Below are positions 1-10,108 of a stretch of DNA of 64,000 nucleotides, piece by piece. The stretch is from positions 416,001 through 480,000 of the forward strand of contig CBDAOB010000004.1 in NCBI GenBank assembly GCA_965197905.1, written 5' to 3'. The translations under genes and the position numbers were made by a program. Within the stretch, counting starts at the first letter, position 1, and every line of letters begins with the position of its first letter. This stretch comes from Candidatus Latescibacterota bacterium (GTDB taxonomy: Bacteria > Latescibacterota > UBA2968 > UBA8231). The notes below the pieces were generated by a model. The model worked only from the letters and a program-made list of their open reading frames with translations, had not been told where the DNA came from and did not search any database.

Positions 1-557
1 GCTATTCTCAGGATAAAAAAGATAAATCCGATACCAACAATGGTGAGGGCAGCGCTTAGAATCGATATGATCAACCTGTTCTTGAATATTGCCTCTTCCC
101 GGTCCGCCGTGCTAAGTCCGATAATCGCCGTGCCGTAATCTTCTCCACCAAAAATCATCCTATCCTTGAATGTCAGATATTAGCCGAGCTCTACGAATTC
201 CGCAGTGGGCATGGCAACCAGTTCTTCGAGATTTTCCACCGCTTCAATTTGTTTCCCGGCAGTAATGAGCTCATTGCCGTCGGAGTCAAATACCATCAAG
301 AACGCCAGGGCGCCGTCCTTTGTAACCAGGTCTACCGTCTCCCGGGCTCCTGCTCCTTCGCCCAAACTTATGGCGACGCCGATTCCCAGAGTCACCGTGT
401 CCACAGTGCTCTTTAGCCGTTGACGAAACATCTCGTTGATCAATTCCGTTTGCTGGGCAGGGAAATAGGCAAAAATGAATACCCCCACGGCAATCATGAG
501 GCCCGCCAGAGGGAGCAGTATTTTGATCTGAATCGAGTTGAATTTCCCCATGTGCAT
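1..557 (-). pseudogene. Two-TM membrane sensor (MCP, histidine kinase or DGC-type N-terminus) interrupted by an in-frame TAA at 180-182; runs off the left edge
   Basis: ORF 180..557 gives TM1 plus a periplasmic segment. The same frame continues past TAA as YLTFKDRMIFGGEDYGTAIIGLSTADREEAIFKNRLIISILSAALTIVGIGFIFFILRIA, a typical TM2. The output domain is outside the window. Confidence 0.65.
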
Positions 558-572
558 TCCCGAGACGCGACA

Positions 573-1133
573 CTAGATGGCTATCACCTTTTGCACGACG
601 AGTGACACAGCCTCGTAGACATTCACAGACTCCGTGTCCACGACAATTACGTTCGCCGATCGAATCGCTGTTGGATCTGCCAGATCCTGTGGCTGACCGA
701 CACTCAACACTTGGCCTTTGAGCTCTGCCATATCCGCGGTTTTGCCCACGATATGAGCCTTCCACGATTCGGAATCAACCGAGGTCTTGCTACTTTGAAC
801 AATCAATAGATCCTTCTTGACCTTCGTACCATCTAGTATTTCCATCGTTCGGTCGTGCAACATGATAATGATCTTGGCGCGTTGAATCTTTAGAAGAATC
901 TTTTGTTTTGCCGAGTAATCCGCGATGGCAAGCAGATTTACGTTATAGCTTTTCACCTTAAGACGTGAGGGCAGGGCGCTAACCAACTGTTCCTTGGCCA
1001 CTTTGTCCTTACCGGGGTAAATAACATAGACATCCTGAGCCCAGCTAGGAGAGGCCGACGAGGTACCCAGAATAAAAAGCCCTAGGGTGCCTACCAAGAC
1101 GCGTCTAGGCGATCGTCCGTTGAGTAAACTCAT
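573..1133 (-). CDS. Exported hypothetical protein (periplasmic binding-like), co-oriented between the beta-barrel and the sensor
   Basis: Start re-placed at ATG 1133 (MSLLNG...) with a GGGGA RBS; signal peptide ending SPSWA-QD. Confidence 0.65.
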   Translation of the reverse strand: MSLLNGRSPRRVLVGTLGLFILGTSSASPSWAQDVYVIYPGKDKVAKEQLVSALPSRLKVKSYNVNLLAIADYSAKQKILLKIQRAKIIIMLHDRTMEILDGTKVKKDLLIVQSSKTSVDSESWKAHIVGKTADMAELKGQVLSVGQPQDLADPTAIRSANVIVVDTESVNVYEAVSLVVQKVIAI

Positions 1134-1156
1134 TTCAATTTCCCCCTGAACATCCG

Positions 1157-2407
1157 CTAGAATGAAAAAATGACTGAGGCCATGTTCATGTTGATCTCTT
1201 CCTTGCCACCTGCCATTCGGAATGGTAGGGGAGCTTTCTCGAAATCGTCTATCGTTGTTTTCTGCCATTCGTATCGCAATCGGCTGTTGGGAGCAAATTG
1301 CCACTCGGCCCCAACGGTTATTCGACCCCGATCAAATGGAGTAAATGGTGCGTTGTCGTTCGTGTCTACATCGTCAAGCCGAAAAACAAGCCTGACGTAC
1401 TGATCCTTTTCCCAACGTTTGGGTACGAATGAACCCTCCAAATACCACGCCTTCATACTGTAGTCACTCTGGCTCGTGTTGAGCCCCGCCGGGCCTGGCA
1501 AACCGGCGTCAGCCACCGGATCGATTCCGGCTTCCTGTTCCACATCTGCCAGCACATACTCACCTTTGACAGTCCATTTCGCAGCCATCCAATTCAAATG
1601 CGCCCCGACCATCTGTAACGCGTGTTTATCTTCTGGATCCCAATCCCCAAGATACCAGGAAACTCCCGCGTCAACTGGAAACTCAAGGCTCTGAAAAGTG
1701 GCCTTGGCCACCTTCGCTTTGCCGCTATTGTTGTCCCGCAGTTCGTTGTTTGTTTCGTTCTGCAATAATCCATCCCTTGGCCGCACCACGGGTCCCGTTG
1801 AGAGTTGAATGGCGTTGTCGTCCAAGACGTTCGAATCGGACCCCAGCCCATTTATTAAGCCGAGCTTGAGATCTAAGATTCCTTGCGATCCCATGGACCG
1901 GTTCCAGTTGGCCGTTACCCCCGTGTCCGACCAGCCGAATCCGCGGAAATCTATCGCCAAACCTACTACTGGGGCGAGGTTCCACGCGGTAAATGGTTGA
2001 CTCATGAGATGCTGTTTGAAATTCGGCTTATTCTCGTTGTACGAAAGAAACGGCACAAGAATCTTGCCGGCCCTCAAACTGAGCTCATCTCGAACTTGAA
2101 CATCGACGTAGGCGTAGTTGGCAGTATACCTGCTGCCGTTGTCGCCAGCTTCCAGCTCAGCCGAGGCAATAATCGCTTCGGAAATTGGAAAGTCCATAAA
2201 TAATGAAAACTCACGCAGTTGAAAGAAACTGTCATCCAGATCTTTCTTACCCACCTGCTTGGGCGTCCCGCTATGATCCATTAAGTGCGTATTGCCATAA
2301 CCACTGATAAGCACGTCGTCTTGTGCGTGGGCTATGAGCACCGTGCCGAAAATGAAGATGAGCGGTAGCGTGCGCTTGGTTAATAGATCGTGATACCGTT
2401 TGAGCAT
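1157..2407 (-). CDS. Outer-membrane beta-barrel (porin-like) protein
   Basis: GGAGG RBS before ATG 2407, signal peptide AHA-QD, amphipathic strands, C-terminal ASVIFSF. Confidence 0.75.
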   Translation of the reverse strand: MLKRYHDLLTKRTLPLIFIFGTVLIAHAQDDVLISGYGNTHLMDHSGTPKQVGKKDLDDSFFQLREFSLFMDFPISEAIIASAELEAGDNGSRYTANYAYVDVQVRDELSLRAGKILVPFLSYNENKPNFKQHLMSQPFTAWNLAPVVGLAIDFRGFGWSDTGVTANWNRSMGSQGILDLKLGLINGLGSDSNVLDDNAIQLSTGPVVRPRDGLLQNETNNELRDNNSGKAKVAKATFQSLEFPVDAGVSWYLGDWDPEDKHALQMVGAHLNWMAAKWTVKGEYVLADVEQEAGIDPVADAGLPGPAGLNTSQSDYSMKAWYLEGSFVPKRWEKDQYVRLVFRLDDVDTNDNAPFTPFDRGRITVGAEWQFAPNSRLRYEWQKTTIDDFEKAPLPFRMAGGKEEINMNMASVIFSF

Positions 2408-2781
2408 TTGGACCTCCCTCGCCGTGGTCAACCTCCCGCGCCCGTTGCGCAGAGTCTTGCTACGGCTTCATTTCCTGCCATTCGTATTGGTAATTACGGA
2501 ATCTGAGCCTCCGATAGCGCACATCGGAACGAGCGAGGTTCAGGTATCCGCTCATTTATCAGAGATAGATAGAGGCATACAATATAGAAGTGGTAGGTCG
2601 AGGAAGACAGCAAAATTTCTGTCCCTGGATATCTTGGTTGAGGGACGCTCCGAGAGATGAGTCGTTGCCCAAGGCGCAAAGTTCGATCAGAAGTTGGGCA
2701 CCTGCGAACGACGAAAGGCGGTGCTGACCAAGATGGGCGAGGTGCGCGTCGCAGGCGTCGTCAAGAGCCCTCTCACCCGGA

Positions 2782-3339
2782 TTGAAGGGAACCGTGCGAC
2801 CTCATCTTCCATTTCGCGATATAATAGATCAATGCTCGAAGATCGGCCGACCTCACGGCATTGGCAATCCGCATCATCTCTTACCCCACGCCGCCCACAA
2901 GTGCACGCCCCGGCTCGAAGAGTTTCTCGCGGGCTTGGATATGTTCTATTTGGCTACGGCCAGTGCAGACGGGCAGCCGTACATCCAATATCGCGGTGGG
3001 CCCCCGGGGTTCCTGAAAGTGGTGGATGAGAAGACCCTCGGTTTCGCCGACTTCCAGGGCAACCAACAGTATATCTCGACTGGCAACCTGAGCGAAAACC
3101 CGAAGTCGTTCATTTTCTTGATGGACTACGTAAATAGCAGGCGGATCAAGATTTGGGGTAATGCGCAGGTGGTTGAGGATGATCCAGCGCTGCTTGAACA
3201 CTTGGCCGAGCCCGACTACCCGGGCAAAGCAGAACGGGCAATCTTGTTCGCGATCGAAGACTGGGACGTCAACTGCCCCCAGCACATACACAAGCGCACC
3301 CCGCACCTCAGAAGCCGTAGATTGCCGGGAGGGACCTAG
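2782..3339 (+). CDS. Pyridoxamine 5'-phosphate oxidase-like FMN-binding protein, probably truncated at both ends
   Basis: Motifs FYLATASADGQPYIQYRGGPPGF, GFADFQGNQQYISTGNL and DVNCPQHI. The N-terminal ~40 aa and the C-terminus do not look family-like. Confidence 0.75.
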   Translation: MKGTVRPHLPFRDIIDQCSKIGRPHGIGNPHHLLPHAAHKCTPRLEEFLAGLDMFYLATASADGQPYIQYRGGPPGFLKVVDEKTLGFADFQGNQQYISTGNLSENPKSFIFLMDYVNSRRIKIWGNAQVVEDDPALLEHLAEPDYPGKAERAILFAIEDWDVNCPQHIHKRTPHLRSRRLPGGT

Positions 3340-3378
3340 CACGTAGCGGACCTCTGCTAGTGGCACTGCAAGTTGTCT

Positions 3379-4296
3379 CTACTTCCCATCGTCTCTAAGA
3401 ATCTCTATGAAGGCGGTATCGGGGATGGCGGAACCGAAGTAGCCGAAGCCAGCACCTTCGAATTCGAACTGCGGTTCGTGAAAATTTCCGTCCAGCTCTT
3501 TCAAATCGTCAAAGGTCTGCAGGAAATGGGCCCAGTTCGGATCGGCGGCGTACACAACAATCTCATGACGACCGTAAAACCAGACATCCCACCAAAACAC
3601 ACTCATCTTTGATTGACCCGCCGCCCGAGGCGTGTTCTGAATCCACTCGTACTGGTAGTCGTAGTCCGTCAGATCGATGCTCCGAGGATTCTCATCGTCG
3701 AAAGGGTTGTCGTAGATGAAGGAGTCGACGGACATGTCGAGCGGAATTGCGGTGAGAAGATAAAAGGTTGTCCCTGGTGAGCGCTCGATGGTTACTTCCG
3801 GAATAATCACGTCGTCCGTCTCATCACGCTCACGGTACCTGATTCGCTGCGGTCTGATATCGACGATTCCGAAGCCGTCGACGGGTACCGTCGTCGTCGC
3901 TCTGGCAAAGAGTTCCTCGTCTTCGACATTCGCCCGCACCTCTAGGCTATACCTACCTCCCTTGCGGATGACGAGATCGTCGCCGAGATAGGCGAAACCG
4001 GCGTCCTCGAATCGGGGCGAGTCTACGAAGGTGAGGGGATAGCTGACGGCTTCGTCCTCGTCGATGAGCAGAACATTCGCCCCCGCAAGCAAGATGGGCG
4101 TTTCATTTAGATTTTGGTCGAGCCGGAAGTTGCGGGAGACGTGAATGTTCTCGACCGGATGACCGGCCAGAAGAAGGCCGCTGACGACGATATGGTGTTC
4201 GTAGCTCTCATTCGTTACCTTCACGATTCCTTCCCCGCAGCCGAGAAGGATTACCGCCGCCGAGGAGAGGGACAGGAGAAGTGAACGACCGCGCAT
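3379..4296 (-). CDS. DUF4249-like lipoprotein partner of the TonB receptor
   Basis: ATG 4296, lipobox ILLGC, C-terminal GAGFGYFGSA; directly downstream of the TonB receptor. Confidence 0.7.
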   Translation of the reverse strand: MRGRSLLLSLSSAAVILLGCGEGIVKVTNESYEHHIVVSGLLLAGHPVENIHVSRNFRLDQNLNETPILLAGANVLLIDEDEAVSYPLTFVDSPRFEDAGFAYLGDDLVIRKGGRYSLEVRANVEDEELFARATTTVPVDGFGIVDIRPQRIRYRERDETDDVIIPEVTIERSPGTTFYLLTAIPLDMSVDSFIYDNPFDDENPRSIDLTDYDYQYEWIQNTPRAAGQSKMSVFWWDVWFYGRHEIVVYAADPNWAHFLQTFDDLKELDGNFHEPQFEFEGAGFGYFGSAIPDTAFIEILRDDGK

Positions 4297-4307
4297 CTCT
4301 ACCACCT

Positions 4308-6668
4308 TCAGAAGGTGAAATTCACACCGATCGTGGGCAGCACCGGTAACATGCTGATCGTATCCACGTCGGGCAGGTTGTTGCGAAAACCGTAGTCGAC
4401 GAACCATGGATTGCCGCGATTGCCAGCATTAAACAGTTGCAGATAGGGTGTCATCGTCCAGTTCCCGAAGTTGCGGCGATAGTTCAGACTCAGATCCATG
4501 CGGGCGTAATAAGGCAGGCGGATGTTGTTGATAATCGTCGGCGCGCGTTCGAGGTCAACACCGGGGTCCTGCGGACTGGACCTGACGAAATAGGCGGATC
4601 CCGGTTGGGTAATCGGTTGCCCACTGGCGTAAACGACGTTGAGATTGAGCGACCATTTCCCTACGTCGGCGCGCTTCGCCCTGCCTCTCAACTTTCTCCA
4701 ACTATTTCGCAAATCGAGATTGGCCACCAGGTTCAGCGTCGACGTGCGATCGTGTCGCGGGAAAAAGGATCGCTCCTGATTAATGCCGTCAAACTCGTAC
4801 TTCGTGCGGGCGTAGGAATAGGCAAGCCAGCCGTCCAGTGCCCCTGAGTCCTTGCGCAACAGTAGTTCAGCACCGATCGATTGACCGTCACCGCGGTTGA
4901 AGATCCCCTTCGTGTTCGTGAAGATTGGGTCGGCGTCCTCCTGATAGCCCGTCTCCTCCAGCTGGGTGAGGAACGTCTGATTGAACTGATAGATGTTGCG
5001 GTAACTCTTGTAGAAAGTCTCGACCTCGACCTGGTAATTGCCCTTGACTTCCTGCTGCCAGCCCAGGATAAAGTGCGTCGATCTCGATTCGTCCTGGAAT
5101 TCGTTGGAGGTAGTCCAGATGTCGGTGAAGGCAAACTGGGGCACGCGATGGAGGTACTGATAGTAGATACCGGCCGCTGCCCGCAGGTTGATCGCTTCGG
5201 TGAGCCGGTATTTGGCTGCTAGCCGGGGAGCTACATTTTGGAACGTCTTGGCCGAGTTGAAGAGATTATAGCGCAATCCAGCGACCAATTCCCATAGCAA
5301 GTTCGGTTTCCAGTTGCCCTGCCCGTAGACTGTGTATTGCCTCGGCCTGTTGCTCAAATCGACGAGTCCCTCGGGGAACGCCTGTCGGTACTTGACATGC
5401 AGATTCTTCTGTTCGAAGCCGAACCTCGTGACCAGACGGCGAGAGCTGTAGTATTCGAGGTTGCCCTTCAGCGTGATATCGGAAACGAAATTGCGCTCGA
5501 CGACATTGGCAGCCTCGATTGTCAGATCTGACGAAAAGCGGCTGCCGGTCAGCCAGAACGTCGAGAACAGCTTCGGCGTAAAGATGCGCGTCCAGCGCAT
5601 CGACCCGGTCTTATTGCCCCAATCGGTCATCAGCCCCGTCTCCTCAGTGGACTCGGTGTTGAAAAGGACGTCGAGGACATCGCGCCCGCCATAAGCGCTG
5701 ATCGTTAATGAATTGCGGTCGTCCAGTTCGAGGAACGCCTTGACGTTGCCATCGTAGAAGTAGTAGTCGGGGACATCGTCGATGAACCTGGCCGCCGTCT
5801 GATCGAAGTAGGTCCGCCGAATCGAACCCGAGAGTGATCCACGCTTGCCGAGCGGTGCCTGGAGCGTCGTCTTGGCCGAGAGCAGGCTCAGAGATGCGGT
5901 CCCTTCGAACTGCTCACGGTTGCCGTCGAGGTTGGTCACATCGAGGACGGAAGAGAGGCGGCCGCTGTACTCGGCGCCGAATCCACCCTTCGATAACTCA
6001 ACCTGTTTGATGGCGTCGGTGTTGAAGGTGGAGAAGATGCCGAAGGTGTGCTCCGGGTTGTAGACATCCGATCCGTCGATCATGTAGAGATTCTGATCCG
6101 GCGTCCCGCCCCTTATGTAGAGGGCGGACGAGAAGTCGGAGAGCGGCTGAATACCTGGAAGAGTCTGGAGAGAACGCAACAGGTCGGCCTCCGCCACCTG
6201 TGGAATTGCCTTGACCTGACGGGCGGAAAGCCGGATTCCGGAAATCGGCTTCTCGAAGAGCATCTGCGACGTGCGCATCGAATCGGCGCGGACGACCATC
6301 TCGGCAGCCGTTACAGCCTCTACAGCGAGGCTGATGTCAATCTTCTCGTTCTTGTCAGCTGCGACTCGAACGCCCCGGGTGAAGGTCTCGTAACCGATGT
6401 AGGAGCACACGAGGATGTAGTCGCCCACGGGGATCTCGGGAACCACGTAGTAGCCGCTGGCATTCGATAGGCCCCCTATCTGAGTACCCTGTAGAAGGAC
6501 CGTCGCGTTGATGAGGGCCTCCCCATCAGAGGCATCGTATACGAATCCACTGAGTGAGCCGACCCCCCTGGACTGCGCTTCAACGGGAATGCCGGTAAGG
6601 ACGAAAGGAATAAGAGCCAGTCCTATAATAGAGCGGAATGTCGAGAAAGAGACCACACGTACCCGCAT
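4308..6668 (-). CDS. TonB-dependent receptor with a carboxypeptidase-regulatory-like N-domain
   Basis: LSGFVYDASDGEALINATV; plug motifs LQTLPGI, IRGGTPDQN, KGGFGAEYSGRLSSVL; C-terminal F. Confidence 0.92.
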   Translation of the reverse strand: MRVRVVSFSTFRSIIGLALIPFVLTGIPVEAQSRGVGSLSGFVYDASDGEALINATVLLQGTQIGGLSNASGYYVVPEIPVGDYILVCSYIGYETFTRGVRVAADKNEKIDISLAVEAVTAAEMVVRADSMRTSQMLFEKPISGIRLSARQVKAIPQVAEADLLRSLQTLPGIQPLSDFSSALYIRGGTPDQNLYMIDGSDVYNPEHTFGIFSTFNTDAIKQVELSKGGFGAEYSGRLSSVLDVTNLDGNREQFEGTASLSLLSAKTTLQAPLGKRGSLSGSIRRTYFDQTAARFIDDVPDYYFYDGNVKAFLELDDRNSLTISAYGGRDVLDVLFNTESTEETGLMTDWGNKTGSMRWTRIFTPKLFSTFWLTGSRFSSDLTIEAANVVERNFVSDITLKGNLEYYSSRRLVTRFGFEQKNLHVKYRQAFPEGLVDLSNRPRQYTVYGQGNWKPNLLWELVAGLRYNLFNSAKTFQNVAPRLAAKYRLTEAINLRAAAGIYYQYLHRVPQFAFTDIWTTSNEFQDESRSTHFILGWQQEVKGNYQVEVETFYKSYRNIYQFNQTFLTQLEETGYQEDADPIFTNTKGIFNRGDGQSIGAELLLRKDSGALDGWLAYSYARTKYEFDGINQERSFFPRHDRTSTLNLVANLDLRNSWRKLRGRAKRADVGKWSLNLNVVYASGQPITQPGSAYFVRSSPQDPGVDLERAPTIINNIRLPYYARMDLSLNYRRNFGNWTMTPYLQLFNAGNRGNPWFVDYGFRNNLPDVDTISMLPVLPTIGVNFTF

Positions 6669-6868
6669 CTGAGTTCAAGGAGTTGAGCAGCTCTGACGAG
6701 CGGCCCGATATCCTATTGAACACCAATAGGAGCTTGAAACGTCACCCAGCTCCAATTTTCTGCTCGTTGGCGCTTCAAAAGGCGCTTCACTTCGGGAAAG
6801 CTCTGTAGTGGAGAAACCCGCTCCCGATATAGATCCCTCCTGTCCAATATTGCGTTCACAGCCGGGAG

Positions 6869-7876
6869 TCAGGTCCGCGGCATTGGGGCGAGCCGTCGAT
6901 TCTCGACGATCCCGGGTACGCGTCCCCGCTTGGCAACGGGGCGGCCATCCACCTCCTTGATATCCGCGGTAAAATCTACCGGGATAGCGCCGCTGATCGC
7001 GCTGCCGATGCCAAAGGAATCTACCGGGGCGCCGGCATCGAGAAAATATTGAATACGCTCCACATCTACTCCCCCGGAGACCACGATTTTCACTTGCTGG
7101 TGTCCTTCCCCGTCTAGGCGCGCGCGCACCTCGTTGACCAACTCTGACGTCACGCCCCCTAATTCCGCTGGAGTGTCGAGCCGTACGCCCCACAAGCGAT
7201 TGCCCATGGCCCGGGCAACTCGCACGCTTTCCTCCGGCTCGTCGAGAAAGGTGTCAACCAGCGCTATGCGGGGAACCTCATCTGGTACGTGCCGATCAAA
7301 AGCGCTCATCGCGTCGAGGGTATCACCCATAACCAGAATCAAGGCGTGGGGGAGGGTGCCGCTCGGCTGGCGGCCGAGGATGCTGGCGCCAGCCGTGGTG
7401 GCACATCCGCTGCATCCACCGACCATGGCGGCGTACTCCATCCGGGCACTCACATCCGGATGCACGTGACGGGCTCCAAAACATATAACCGGCACGCCCG
7501 CCGCCGCCTCGACGCATTCCGCCGCGGCGCTGGCCCATCCGGTGCCGCTGCTCAGCATGCCCAGCATAGCCGTCTCGTAAAGACCGTACTCGCGATACGG
7601 TCCGGAGATGCGCAGTACCACATCGAGATTCTCAATGCGACTCCCCTCCGCAAGACTCCACACCTCTGATTCTGTGGACAGCACACGCTGAAGGAGGGCG
7701 TGTACCTCCAGCATGCCGCACAGCACGGATTGCCGGCGCGCGAAGATTTCGATGGTGGCATGGGGATTCAGTTGCTCTCGATCGAGGATGTCGAGGCTGC
7801 GCTGAAAGTAGACGTCGGCATTTCCACCTTTCAGCGTTTCTTCGCTGGGAGCAAAAGGATCGGTAGCGCAGGGCAT
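6869..7876 (-). CDS. pncB: Nicotinate phosphoribosyltransferase
   Basis: FGARHVHP, GTLPHA (phospho-His), LVDTF, GVRLDTP, SGG; adjacent to a nicotinamidase. Confidence 0.9.
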   Translation of the reverse strand: MPCATDPFAPSEETLKGGNADVYFQRSLDILDREQLNPHATIEIFARRQSVLCGMLEVHALLQRVLSTESEVWSLAEGSRIENLDVVLRISGPYREYGLYETAMLGMLSSGTGWASAAAECVEAAAGVPVICFGARHVHPDVSARMEYAAMVGGCSGCATTAGASILGRQPSGTLPHALILVMGDTLDAMSAFDRHVPDEVPRIALVDTFLDEPEESVRVARAMGNRLWGVRLDTPAELGGVTSELVNEVRARLDGEGHQQVKIVVSGGVDVERIQYFLDAGAPVDSFGIGSAISGAIPVDFTADIKEVDGRPVAKRGRVPGIVENRRLAPMPRT

Positions 7877-7883
7877 GAGGGAC

Positions 7884-8417
7884 TCAGCGGTTGGTTATCT
7901 GCGCCCCGAGTATCTTTTCCATGTGATCCAAAGCCCAGGCATGTTGCTCGGCGTCGAAGCTGGCGACGCAGTCTGCCGGCACTTCTACCCTGTAGTCCCG
8001 ATTGCGCAGATCGGCAACCGTATGCAACACGCAGATATCGGTACAATCCCCCATTACCACGACCTTCTCCGGGTTTAGCGCCACGAGTCGCTTGGCGAGA
8101 TCGGTTTCGAACAACGCGCTGTAACGCCTCTTCTGGATGACCGTCGCATCTAGGGCCAAGGAACCTAACTCGTCCAGGAGCTCGTGATCCTCGCTGCCGG
8201 CGATGCAGTGGGGCGGAAACATCTCAAACTCTTTGTCATCTGACGCGTGGGTATCCTGCGTGAAGAAGATGGCTGCCCCCGCCGCCCTCTCTTGCTTCAC
8301 TCGAGATCGAATGGGTTCGATGATGGAACGAGCGGGCACGCCGCAGAAGAGGGTACCCCCAGGGGCCATGAATCCCTTCTGCATGTCGACGACGAGTACC
8401 GCGTTTGCCAAGGGCAA
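7884..8417 (-). CDS. pncA: Nicotinamidase (isochorismatase family cysteine hydrolase)
   Basis: VVDMQKGF, DTH..D.EF..FPPHC, K-RYSA, GDCTDICV. Confidence 0.85.
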   Translation of the reverse strand: MPLANAVLVVDMQKGFMAPGGTLFCGVPARSIIEPIRSRVKQERAAGAAIFFTQDTHASDDKEFEMFPPHCIAGSEDHELLDELGSLALDATVIQKRRYSALFETDLAKRLVALNPEKVVVMGDCTDICVLHTVADLRNRDYRVEVPADCVASFDAEQHAWALDHMEKILGAQITNR

Positions 8418-8506
8418 CCTCCGCGCATTCGGGTATCGACGATCTCAAGCATATGATCGTCATGCCCTGGATAGGTGCTTGGATGTATTGAACCGTGGTA
8501 CGGGTG

Positions 8507-9766
8507 CTAAGGATACAACCCTCGAGTTCGTATCGCTTCATCCACCCGCGCGACGGCGAGCATGTAGGCTGCCGTGCGCATGTCTGTTTGTTTCTCTCTG
8601 CTTTTGTGCAAGACGTCCTGAAAGGCCTGGCACATGGTTTTGCCGAGTCGTTCGTTTACCTCTTCCTCGGTCCAGAACAGCTCGGTCAATCCCTGGACCC
8701 ATTCGAAATAGGAAACCGTGACGCCGCCGGCATTGGCCAGGATGTCCGGAATCAGAAACACTCCCTTGTCGGCAAGAATCTGGTCAGCGCCCGGAGTTGT
8801 CGGACCATTGGCTCCTTCTGCGACAATCCTAGCCCTGATACGATCGGCGTTCGCTTCGGTAATCTGGTTCTCCAGGGCGGCGGGGAGCAGCACGTCGCAG
8901 TCCAGCTCCAGCAGTTCCGCGTTGGTCACCTCATCGCAATCGGGAAAGCTGGTGACGCTGCCGCTGTGGCGTTTGTGGGCGGACAGCTCGTTCACGTCGA
9001 CACCGGACGAGCTGTATACGCCTCCTCGCGAGTCGCTTGCCGCAACGATGAGGGCGCCCTCCTGTTCGAGCAGCGCGGCCGCAATCCTGCCGACATTGCC
9101 GAAACCCTGCACCGCGACGCGCGCCCGCGCCAGCGGCATGCCCATATGTTTCAAGCCTTCTACGATGGTAGATACACATCCGCGACTGGTCGCTTCCTCG
9201 CGTCCACGGGAGCCGCCCACGGATATCGGTTTGCCAGTAACCACGCTGCGTACGGAGTGGCCGACACTCATGCTGTAGGTGTCCATGATCCACGCCATGA
9301 TCTGGGCGTTGGTGTTCACGTCGGGTGCCGGAATGTCGGTCTCGGGGCCCAGGATGATCATCAATTCGCTGGTCAACCGCCGCGTCATCCGTTGCAGCTC
9401 CGCCTCCGACATCTGCTTCGGGTCGCAGATCACCCCACCTTTCGCGCCCCCGAACGGCACGTCTACCAGCGCGCATTTCCAGGTCATCCACATGGACAGG
9501 GCGGTCACTTCGTCAAGGGTCACGTCGGGGTGGTAGCGGATGCCCCCCTTGGTCGGTCCCCGGTGCTGGTTGTGCTGCACGCGGAATCCGGTGAAAACCT
9601 CCACCGAGCCGTCATCCATCTCGGTTGGAACGGATACTTGGAGGACACGTTGGGGATGGCGCAGGATCGCGTGACTCTTCGGATCGAGACCGATCTGTTC
9701 CGCCACGATGTCCAGCTGCTGGCGAGCGATCGCCAGTTGATTGAGGTCTTCGCCTGCACTCTGCAT
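8507..9766 (-). CDS. gdhA: Glu/Leu/Phe/Val dehydrogenase (glutamate dehydrogenase)
   Basis: GPTKGGIRYHP, PFGGAKGG, DIPAPDVNT, QGFGNVG, EGANGP, NAGGVTVSYFEWVQ. Confidence 0.93.
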   Translation of the reverse strand: MQSAGEDLNQLAIARQQLDIVAEQIGLDPKSHAILRHPQRVLQVSVPTEMDDGSVEVFTGFRVQHNQHRGPTKGGIRYHPDVTLDEVTALSMWMTWKCALVDVPFGGAKGGVICDPKQMSEAELQRMTRRLTSELMIILGPETDIPAPDVNTNAQIMAWIMDTYSMSVGHSVRSVVTGKPISVGGSRGREEATSRGCVSTIVEGLKHMGMPLARARVAVQGFGNVGRIAAALLEQEGALIVAASDSRGGVYSSSGVDVNELSAHKRHSGSVTSFPDCDEVTNAELLELDCDVLLPAALENQITEANADRIRARIVAEGANGPTTPGADQILADKGVFLIPDILANAGGVTVSYFEWVQGLTELFWTEEEVNERLGKTMCQAFQDVLHKSREKQTDMRTAAYMLAVARVDEAIRTRGLYP

Positions 9767-9912
9767 TGATTGTCGCCTCTTTCCTCATTCGAAATTGGGG
9801 TGTATTTGGCTACGCGCAAGCGTCGGCCGTCGAAGGCTGCCGATGCCATGGAGAGTTCGGGAACCGGCGGGGTTGTATGCGGTCGCCGGTTCGGCGTATC
9901 CTTGAGTGGATC

Positions 9913-10079
9913 CTAGTGTCGCGTCTCAGAAATACGCTAACATTCGGTCGCGGAGCCGCCTGGTTCGCAGCGTTGCCCGCCCTCGTCGTACTCCACCAGT
10001 ACGACTCGCTCGGGCGCCTTGCAAACCAGGCGGCTCCGCGACCGAATTTTGTCAGCTTATTCCCGAGACACGACACTAG
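9913..10079. mobile_element. 167-bp palindromic MITE/REP-like element bounded by CTAG
   Basis: Terminal IR ctagtgtcgcgtctcagaaata / tattcccgagacacgacactag (3 mismatches in 22); perfect internal 24-bp IR 9942-9965 / 10024-10047; apical stem gtcgtact/agtacgac. Confidence 0.8.
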
Positions 10080-10108
10080 GGCCGAAACTCGAAAGGTCCA
10101 TTTGCGGA

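Noticed and set aside
8495..9769. Long antisense ORFs, e.g. opposite gdh, the ABC genes and clpB
   Set aside because: Shadow frames expected from GC-rich codon bias opposite well-supported genes
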